A stretch of DNA of 64,000 nucleotides from Felis catus (lineage: Eukaryota): NCBI RefSeq assembly GCF_018350175.1, contig NC_058375.1:4278001-4342000 (forward strand), given 5' to 3'. Position 1 is the stretch's first letter, and every line of letters begins with the position of its first letter. The notes beneath the pieces were generated by a model. The model did no database searches. It saw nothing but the letters and a program-made list of their open reading frames with translations, and was not told the DNA's origin. Made by a program: the position numbers and the translations under genes. This document shows positions 12,501 to 19,852 of this stretch, one piece after another.

Positions 12501-15500
12501 CCCACTCAGTGATTGATCCTGATCTGCTTCCTGGAGCAAAACGAACCACTCAGAAGAGAACTTCTACTTGGCGCCCCCCCCCACACACCCCTGCAGCCCA
12601 TCCCGCCGTTTCCTCCTGCTACTCCTACTCTAGGTCAGCTGCCCGTGCTCCCAAGGCCACTGCCCCAGGCCTGCAGACACCAGAACCAGAAGCCTTCCTT
12701 CGGGACGCCTCACTTCGAGTGTCCTCACCTCTCTCTGCCGCATCCTCGGCACCCTCCCCGCTCTAGATCATTCCCACCTGCTGTGTCCAAACCTGTTGGG
12801 GCTTTTTCATCCATCTTAACAAAAAACAAAACTCTGACCACACTCCTCCAAATACTGTGTCATTTCTCTCCTTCCCCGTACCACTTAACTCTACAAAGGC
12901 AAAATCTCTTACTATTAAACCTGAGAGTTGCTCTCTGCCCGGGCTCCCGACCTTATTCCAATCAGTCTGCCCCACCTGCCCCAGCGGTCTACTGCGGGCA
13001 CGCTAGTCCAGACCACACGCCTGCACGCAAGCTCCCTTCTCAGGCCTCACCTACCATCAGCATCTGCCACAACTGCCCACGTCCAGCTCCTCTGAACACC
13101 TCCTGACCACACTCTGGTTTTTCTCTACCATCAGTGACCACTCTGTCTCAGCCTCTGCTGTTCCCTCATCCACACCTCTTCTGGTCTCAGGGCCTAAGGG
13201 CTCAGACTTCGAACCTCTCTGCCTCTCTGTATCCACTCCCTTGGTGTTATTATCCCATCTCACGGCCCAGAGACCATTCTGCTGAAAGCTCCCAACTCCA
13301 GAATCACACATGCAACTGGCCACTTGACATCTCCAATGGTCTAATAGGCACCTCAAAGCTAACATCTCAATCTGCAACCCCTACGCCAACCCCCCCACCC
13401 CCACCCCTACCCCCGGGTCAGTAACTCCACGCACCCGGGCGGTTAGGCTAACAAGCTTGAGCTTGATGTCATCCCTGATTCTTCCCCATGCCTCACATCC
13501 AGTCAGCCTGATAAAAATCCTGTAGGTTAGGCTCAATTTATGGCTCATGGGAAAGAATTATAGAAACAGAGCGTGACTGTTAAGAAATTAAGAACGTGAC
13601 CGGCAAAACTTTGGAGACGACAGAGAGATGACAGAAAGTATAAGTGCATCAACGTACATTCACAGAGAAAAATTTATTCACTGTCTCAAGTGAATGAATT
13701 AAGATAAAAAGATAACCATCCTGAGGTGCCTGGGGGGCTCAGTCGGTTAAGCTTCCAACTTCAGCTCAGGTCACGATCTCACGGTTCGTGAGTCTGAGCC
13801 CTACGTCGGGCTCTGTGCTGACAGCTCGGAGCCTGGACCCTGTTTCGGATTCTGTCTCTCTCTCTGTCTCTGCCACCCCTCCCCGCATGTGCTTTGTCTC
13901 CCTCTCTTTCTCTCTCTCTCTCCACCCCCTCAAAAATAATCATTTAAAAAGAAAAAAAAAAAGAAAACCATTTAAAAAATTCCAAAAGTCGGGGCACCTG
14001 GCTGGCTCAGTTGGTAAAGCATGCAACTCCTGACCCTCAGGTTCTGTGTTTGAGCCCCACGTTGAGAGGGAGGTTAAAACAAAACTTCGAAAAAATAAAT
14101 AACTCCAAAAGGCATTTAACCACTTACAATATGAAAAAAACGGCTTTCGCTAGGGAACAACACGGGGAAGGGGAGACATTTTTCATGACAGACCGTTCTA
14201 CACAAACCTTTTCACCATACACACGTATGACATTTTGTACAACCCGCAGCACAGCACAACAGCCACGCTGCTCTCTAAGCGAGCATCCTACAGTCATCTG
14301 ATAGGACTGTTCTGGTGAAACTAACGAGCACAACTCTGAATGAAAACTGGTCGTACCTCTTGTACAAAGACGTAAGATAAACCCGGGTGGCTGACTAAGA
14401 AGTTTACAGTGGAGGTTCTCAGCTGTTCCAACATCACAATGGAACACAGAGGAGAAAAATTCTTCATCAACCAGCATCTGTCATCTGCAAAAAGAAAAAT
14501 TAAGTACCTTAGAAATAGTAACTCCAGGGGTGCCTGGGGGGCTCAGCTGGTTAAGCGACTGGCTCTCGATTTCAGCTCAGGTCACGATCTCATGGTTCAG
14601 TTCATGGGATCGAGCCCTGAGTTGGACTCTGCGCTGACAGCACAGACCCTGCTTGGGATTCTGGCTCCTTCTCTCTGTGCCTTTCCCCTGTGCAAGCAGG
14701 CATGCACTCTCTCTCTCTCCCAAAAATAAACAAACATTAGGGAAAAAAAAAAAAAAAAAAGATGGGAATGCAAACTGGTGTAGCCACTCTGGAAAACAGT
14801 ATGGAGGTTCCTCAAAAAACTAAAAACAGGACTACTCAAGGGCCCAGCAACCGCACTACTAGGTATCTATCCAAGGGATACAGGTATGCTGTTTCGAAGG
14901 GGCACGTGCACCCCAATGTTTATAGCAGCACTATCAACAATAGCCAAAGAATGGAAAGAGCCCAAATGTCCATCGATGGATGAATGGATAAAGAAGACGT
15001 GGTATATTGGGGTGCCTGGTGGCTTTGTGGGTTAAGCGTTCGACTTTGACTCAGGCCATGGTCTCGCGGTTGGTGAGTTCAAACCCCGTATCATCAGGCT
15101 TTGTGCTGACAGCTCAGAGCCTGGAGCATGCTTCAGATTCTGTGTCTCCTCTTTCTGCCCCTCTACCACTCATGCTTGCACGTGCTCTCTCTCTCTCTCT
15201 CTCTCAAAAATAAATTTTAAAAAATTAAAAAAAAAAAGGAAGATGTGGTATATATATATACAATGGGATATTACTCGGCAGTCAAAAAGAATGAAATCTT
15301 GCCATTTGCAACTACGTGGATGGAACTGGAGGGTATTATGCTAAGCGAAATTAGTCGGTCAGAGAAAGACAAACATCATATGACTTTACTCATATGAAGG
15401 CTTTAAAATACAAAACAGATGAACGTAAGGGAAGGGAAGCAAAAAGGTATAAAAACAGGAAGGGATCAAAACATAAGAGACTCTTAAATATGGAGAACAA

Positions 15501-18500
15501 ACAGAGGGTTACTGGAGGGGTTGTGGGAGGGGGGATGGGCTAAATGGGTAAGGGGCATTAAGGAATCTACTCCTGAAATCACTGTTGCACTATATGCTAA
15601 CTAACTTGGATGAAAATTTTAAAAATAAATTAAAATAAATAAATAAAAATAATAAAATGAAAAGAAAAGAAAGAAAAGAAAAGGAGAGAAAGAAAGAAAA
15701 AGAAAAAGAAAAAATAGTAACTTTGTTAAATTCTACACTGTTTAGGACCACCTTCTCCTCAGCTGAATTGTCAACTTTTTGAGAGCAGTAATTATGTTAA
15801 GGGCCTTCTTCAAGAAACCATACTGCATAATAAGAACACACCTGGATGGAGAGAGAAGTCAATCCAGGATTGCTTTGGCCACACTCTAGCTGTGTGGCCT
15901 TGGGTAACTTTTCTCATCTGAAAAATGGTGAAAATAAGTTTCACTCACAGGACCCATGTGAAGGTTTAAATAGACACAGAAAAGTGTACAATATCTAGCA
16001 ATAGGAAGCATCTAAAAATATTAGCCTTGGGGGCACCTGGGTGTCGCAGTTGGTTAAGCGTTTAGGTCCAGGTCATGATCTCACAGTTTTGTGAGTTTGA
16101 GCCCCGTGCTGGGCTCTGGGCCAGCAATGTGGAGCCTGCTTGGGATTCTCTCTCTTTCCCTCTCTCTCTGCCCCCCCCCCCGACTTGTGCTGTCTCTCAA
16201 AATAAACAAAAGTAAAAACAAAAATACAAATATTACTGGGGGCGCATGGATGGCTCAGTCGGTTGGGAGTCTGATTTCAGCTCAGGTCATGATCTCACGC
16301 TTCATGGGTTTGAGCCCCGCGTCGGGCTCTGTGCTGACGACTCAGAGCCTGGAGCCTGCTTCCGATTCTGTGTCTCCCTCTCTCTCTCTGCCCCTCCCCC
16401 GCCTGCGCTCTGTCTCTCTCTCAAAAATAAACATTACAAAAAGATAAAAATAATAACACTAGCCTTATTATAGTATACCCTCAGTAAATTACCCATTTAT
16501 TTTCCTTACCCCGGTTAAGATGAGATCTGAGCAAAGCTCGGGCTTCCCTCTTCACCTCCTTCTTGCTTTTCTCAGGCACAGAATAATGAACTGCGTTGAT
16601 AGTGAGGCGAGAATGAGTGTAGGTAGAGAAGACATCTTGGGCAGGGTGGCCTTGGCTGATGGTATAACCCAACACCTGCACCTGGCCATAGAGGCACGTC
16701 ACACGGCAGATCCCGCTAAAAGTAAAACCCTACAAGGAAAGGGGGGTGGGCAAAAAAGAAGAAATAACATGACAAATCCTGTTACTAATGACTGCAAAAA
16801 ATTTTTTTAATTAATTAATTTTGAGAGAGAGCATACTCATAAGAGTATGAGCAGGGGAAGGGTACAGAGAGAGGGAGAGAGAATCCCAAGCAGGCTCTAC
16901 CCTGTCAGTGCTGAGCCCCACGCAGGGCTTGATCCCATGAACCGTGAGGTTATGACCTGAGCCTAAATCAAGAGTTGGACGCTGAACCGACTGAGCCATC
17001 CAGGTGTCCCCATGACTGAAATTTTCAAAACTTTTTTTTTATTTTTAACTAAACTCTATGCTGAACATGGGCCTCAAACTGATGACCCTGAGACCAAGAG
17101 TAGCATGCACCACCCACTGAGGAAGGCAACCCCTTCCTCTTAAAAAAAAAAAAAAAATGTGTTGGGGCACCTGGGTGGCTCAGTTGGTTAAGCATCAGAC
17201 TTCAGCTCAGGTCATGATCTCACGGTTTGTAAATGCAAGCCCCGCGTCGGGCTCTGTGCTGACAGCTCAGAGCCTGGAGCCTGTTTCGGATTTTGGGTCT
17301 CCCTCTCTCTGCCCCTTCCCTGCGCACGGGCTCTCTCTCTCAAAAATAAACATTAAAAAAAAAATTTGAAAAACATAAAAAATAAAAAATATGTCTAGAG
17401 GTGCCTGGGTGTCTCAGTTGGTTTCAGCCTCTGACTCTTGATTTTGGGTCAGGTCATGATCTCACAATTCGGGAGATCGAGCCCGGCATCAGGCTCTGTA
17501 CTTCGTGTAGAGTCTGCTTGGGTTGGGAGTCTCTCTCTTTCTACCTCTGCCCCTCTCCCCTGCTCATGCTCACTCACTCTCTCCAAAATACAATGAAATT
17601 CTAAACTCTTAGTTGCTATTCACATAACAAGTAACTTCTAAGTAACAACACGTTGTACTAGGTGGCCATCGGGTACTGATTATCCTTAACCTAATTTCAT
17701 ATCCCACCACAGCTACAGAGATGGCTGGTGTATACAGACACATGAAAAACAAGCGGGTCCCATGAACTGGGCTCTGCAGCTGTCACAGACCTATCTCTAC
17801 CAAGGCCCACTGCCTGCCAAGTTTCTCCGGTTCCTGGGTTTTCACATCCCCCGGCACTGCAGGAAGACCTCCCACACCAGCATCCAAGTGAAGAGCCCAG
17901 GTCCTGAAATTAAGCTGCCTCGGTTTGAGTCTTAGCTCTGCCCCTATTCTACGCCTTTCAGCAAGTTACCCAAACTATACCTCAGTTTCTTCGTCCGTAA
18001 ACATTTACGGAAATGAAGGTAATGACTCCATAGAGCTGAGAGTATTAAAAGGGTTCATAAACCTAAAACACTTAGAACGTAGAGCCCGGCATCTCTAAGC
18101 ACCCCGTAAACGTGAGCTGGTCCTGTTATTTCCTGCTATTAGATTCCCTTCGGCTCTCAAAGCCTAGAGCTCCACAACAGGTCCCTAGTCACCCCCTGCT
18201 CAGCACCGCCGCCAGGAGGAACGCTCTCGACCCGGGGCCGCAGAGCCCGCACGGTCTTCTCCCAGCCCGCGAGTCCCGGAGCTGCTCCCCATTCCCCCCC
18301 CCCCGCCCCCCCTCCCCCGATCTCGGCCGGCCAGCCTCCCCCCACCGGCGCGACCCACCTGGTCCCGCGGCAGCAGCAGCAAGGCGCGGCCCGGGCCGGC
18401 CGGCCGCACCGGCGGGATGGGGAGGGTCGTGGGGCAACTCGGGGCGGGGGTCGCGGCCGGGGCCGGGCTGGGGGCCGCGGTCTTGGGCCTCCGGGCGGCC

Positions 18501-18715
18501 GAGCGCGACACCAGGCAGCCGCTCTCCCGCCAGTCCGCGCCGGCCGCCTGGGCTTGTAGCAGCCGCCGCCGCAGGCGCCTCCGGCCGCACCAGCGCAGGG
18601 TCCCGAGCCGGCGGCGGGGCCGGCGGCTGAGGACGAGCTGGGGCCGAGCCTTGCGGGCCCGCAGCCACGTGGAGCGGGAAGGACCCCGCTTGAGAAGCAA
18701 CTGGGCATCCGCCAT
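36..18715 (-). CDS. NOL9: Polynucleotide 5'-hydroxyl-kinase NOL9 (Clp1/Grc3 family, pre-rRNA ITS2 processing); 12 coding exons, 689 aa
   Basis: complement(join(36..185,868..1001,2508..2685,3943..4054,5041..5338,5539..5700,10324..10421,10979..11075,11198..11333,14357..14484,16510..16729,18359..18715)) = 2070 nt. All junctions GT-AG with matching phases; Arg-rich N-terminus, Walker [16 protein letters not shown] and NTMGW motifs. Confidence 0.96.
868..1001 (-). CDS. NOL9: NOL9 exon 11
   Basis: ttcaag|[20 protein letters not shown]...VFKSQ|gtgagc. Confidence 0.95.
1099..1322 (+). mobile_element. Can-SINE (SINEC_Fc-like)
   Basis: tRNA-derived head GGGTGGCTCAATCGGTTAAG, CT-rich body, A tail. Confidence 0.9.
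2080..2340 (-). mobile_element. Ancient LINE2 fragment
   Basis: Resembles L2 consensus in antisense (agatgccagtgagatacccaagtgaaga); degenerate. Confidence 0.45.
2508..2685 (-). CDS. NOL9: NOL9 exon 10
   Basis: ttccag|[32 protein letters not shown]...CLGF|gtgagt. Confidence 0.95.
2786..3050 (+). mobile_element. Can-SINE with (GAAAA)n-expanded tail
   Basis: TSD agttaYgttggcca on both sides; (GAAAA)n about 2969-3032. Confidence 0.9.
3471..3704 (-). mobile_element. Can-SINE with (GA)n
   Basis: Reverse-strand head ...gagccacccaggcacccc. Confidence 0.9.
3943..4054 (-). CDS. NOL9: NOL9 exon 9
   Basis: tttcag|[16 protein letters not shown]...LTPYQ|gtaacc. Confidence 0.94.
4383..4602 (+). mobile_element. 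Can-SINE
   Basis: Head, body, A tail; abuts an antisense SINE. Confidence 0.9.
4604..4818 (-). mobile_element. Can-SINE (tail-to-tail with previous)
   Basis: Reverse-strand full-length copy. Confidence 0.9.
5041..5338 (-). CDS. NOL9: NOL9 exon 8
   Basis: tcacag|[21 protein letters not shown]...RKTPRN|gtgagt. Confidence 0.94.
5539..5700 (-). CDS. NOL9: NOL9 exon 7
   Basis: tcctag|[20 protein letters not shown]...[11 protein letters not shown]|gtaagc. Confidence 0.95.
5857..6008 (+). mobile_element. Can-SINE (internally shortened)
   Basis: Head, CT-rich body, A tail; imperfect TSD ending agcttt. Confidence 0.8.
6047..6251 (-). mobile_element. Can-SINE
   Basis: Reverse-strand full-length copy. 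Confidence 0.9.
6604..6765. other. Assembly gap (162 N)
   Basis: Run of N. Confidence 1.
6766..6916 (-). mobile_element. Can-SINE, tail hidden in gap
   Basis: Reverse-strand head and body. Confidence 0.85.
7140..7880 (+). mobile_element. Old L1 3' region (L1MD-like)
   Basis: tatttcctagctgtgtccaccgagggg...agcagtgacacccca and catgatgcactgagaa resemble L1MD 3'UTR. Confidence 0.55.
8083..8435 (+). mobile_element. Two tandem Can-SINEs (short 8083-8194; full 8213-8435)
   Basis: Bounded and separated by three copies of ttaaaagtcaacYaaaca. Confidence 0.88.
8460..9630 (+). mobile_element. Degenerate old L1 (ORF2 reverse-transcriptase remnant plus 3' end), interrupted by Can-SINE 9093-9330
   Basis: YLENPK...[12 protein letters not shown]...[23 protein letters not shown] is L1 ORF2-like; frameshifted. 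Confidence 0.8.
10086..10310 (+). mobile_element. Can-SINE
   Basis: Head, body, A tail ending about 13 nt from the NOL9 exon 6 donor. Confidence 0.9.
10324..10421 (-). CDS. NOL9: NOL9 exon 6
   Basis: tttcag|[32 protein letters not shown]|gtatgt. Confidence 0.95.
10979..11075 (-). CDS. NOL9: NOL9 exon 5 (P-loop)
   Basis: ctccag|[31 protein letters not shown]|gtaaga. Confidence 0.95.
11198..11333 (-). CDS. NOL9: NOL9 exon 4
   Basis: tttcag|[18 protein letters not shown]...ELVAVSC|gtgagt. Confidence 0.92.
11700..12200 (+). mobile_element. Ancient L1/HAL1 ORF1 relic
   Basis: gacttcctatcagcaactctgaattctagagaacaatggagcaaggcctccaaggttttgaggaaaa resembles the L1-type ORF1 C-terminal region; many disablements. 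Confidence 0.5.
12440..13540 (+). mobile_element. LINE2 fragment
   Basis: C-rich; cacttgacatctcca...taataggcacctcaaagctaacatctc is typical of the L2 3' half. Confidence 0.65.
13723..14102 (+). mobile_element. Can-SINE (13723-13965) plus short SINE (13991-14102)
   Basis: Two tRNA-derived heads with A tails. Confidence 0.85.
14357..14484 (-). CDS. NOL9: NOL9 exon 3
   Basis: ttgcag|[21 protein letters not shown]...VFVQE|gtacga. Confidence 0.92.
14527..14760 (+). mobile_element. Can-SINE joined directly to downstream L1
   Basis: Head at 14527; A tail runs into L1 sequence. Confidence 0.88.
14761..15713 (+). mobile_element. 5'-truncated carnivore-type L1 3' end with A/(GAAAA) tail; contains nested Can-SINE 15008-15237
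   Basis: gggaatgcaaactggtgtagccactctggaaaacagtatggaggttcctcaaaaaac (ORF2 end) and L1 3'UTR; nested SINE TSD gaagaYgtggtatat. Confidence 0.9.
16029..16452 (+). mobile_element. Two tandem Can-SINEs (16029-16230; 16238-16452)
   Basis: Two heads and tails; outer tagcctt duplication. Confidence 0.88.
16510..16729 (-). CDS. NOL9: NOL9 exon 2
   Basis: ttgtag|[19 protein letters not shown]...SHLNR|gtaagg. Confidence 0.94.
16801..17600. mobile_element. Cluster of four SINEs: 16801-17011 (-), 17032-17134 (-, short), 17164-17390 (+), 17397-17600 (+)
   Basis: Recognisable heads and tails in both orientations. Confidence 0.85.
17880..18130 (+). mobile_element. MIR
   Basis: gcaagttacccaaactatacctcagtttcttcgtccgtaaa resembles the MIR core. 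Confidence 0.6.
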
Positions 18716-18950
18716 GTTGGCCACGGGCGCCTGCCGCGCGAGAATCTCCCGAGATCCGGTCGCTCCGCCCCTCGGCCCGTCGTGCGGCGGAAAGTAGAGG
18801 CCGGGGGCGGGGGGTGGGGGGCGCCCTCTGCCGGCCGCCCGCGGCAGCGCACGTTGGCTCCCGCAGGCCCCCCGGAGGCTCCTGCCGGCCTGGAGCGGCA
18901 GGGGCGGCAGCCTAGGTCACACCCCGTGGGGCCGTCCCACCGAGGGCCCT
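18150..18950. promoter_or_regulatory. CpG island / NOL9 promoter, head-to-head with TAS1R1
   Basis: Very GC- and CpG-rich; covers NOL9 exon 1; YY1-type CCGCCATGTT over the start codon (18709-18718); CTCF core at 18821-18834. Confidence 0.85.
18359..18715 (-). CDS. NOL9: NOL9 coding exon 1
   Basis: ccaacATGg start; [11 protein letters not shown]...LLLLPRDQ; donor CAG|GTGGGT. Confidence 0.93.
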
Positions 18951-19334
18951 ATTTACATTATGCAAAAGCCCCACCCCGGCCAGATACCCCACTCGGAGTC
19001 CAAGGCCACATCTCCGGAAATCCACTTGGAATTGTTTTTTTTTTCTGGCAGAAAAAGAGCCAGGATTGGCAGTTTAAACAAAACCAGTCTATTTGCATAC
19101 CGTGTTTGCATGCAGTTGTCTTTGGGCTGAAGGGGGACACCCTGGAAAAGAAGGCGAACCCAGGATGATTCACCCAAAATTTCAGTGTCAGAAAACTGAG
19201 GACTGGGAGGAGGTCAACTTAAAGTCAGTCTCATTTGGTAAACTGAGGCCCAGGTAAAAAGTTCTAAAACCCACAGCTCCCTCCATATTCTGTCCCCCAG
19301 AGAAGCAGTGTCCCTGCCTTCCTCTGACCCCTGC

Positions 19335-19513
19335 CCCTCAAGACGCCTGGGCTCCCTTTCTGAGCCGGGTGAAGCCGCAGGCACCAGAGCGAGAACAGAA
19401 CCCACAACCATCCAGAGGGAGGGGCAGCGGCCACCACCTGGCTTGCACCTGTGCCTTCACCCTGCCCAGTTCCTGAGTAGGACCGCAGGCCCGGAAGGCC
19501 AAGGCAAACAGCC
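19335..19513 (+). repeat. 179-bp direct repeat, copy 1 (TAS1R1 proximal promoter)
   Basis: Matches 20422-20600 at 175/179 positions. Confidence 0.95.
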
Positions 19514-19593
19514 TGGTTCCTACGACTGGGTTCCAGCCCCACCCCTGGCACAGGCGTGAAGTTGGGAAGCATCTGGGCAGCCGCTGTCTATTC

Positions 19594-19601
19594 TATTTAA
19601 A
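19594..19601 (+). promoter_or_regulatory. TAS1R1 TATA-like box
   Basis: TATTTAAA beginning 68 nt upstream of the TAS1R1 ATG. Confidence 0.6.
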
Positions 19602-19661
19602 CAGCCGAGCTGGTCAGAGGGTGCTGGCTGGCCATGCCAGGCACAGGACGGACTGGCCAGC

Positions 19662-19852
19662 ATGTCACTCCCGGCGGCTCACCTGGTCGGCCTGCAGCTC
19701 TCCCTCTCCTGCTGCTGGGCTCTCAGCTGCCACAGCACAGAGACGTCTGCCGACTTCAGCCTCCCTGGGGATTACCTCCTCGCAGGTCTGTTCCCTCTGC
19801 ACTCTGACTGTCCGGGCGTGAGGCACCGGCCCACGGTGACCCTCTGTGACAG
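19662..19852 (+). CDS. TAS1R1: TAS1R1 exon 1
   Basis: [23 protein letters not shown]...[12 protein letters not shown]...TLCDR; donor AG|gtgagt. Confidence 0.96.

Noticed and set aside
1099-17600. tRNA-like A/B box sequences
   Set aside because: All are heads of tRNA-derived Can-SINEs with CT-rich bodies, A tails and TSDs.
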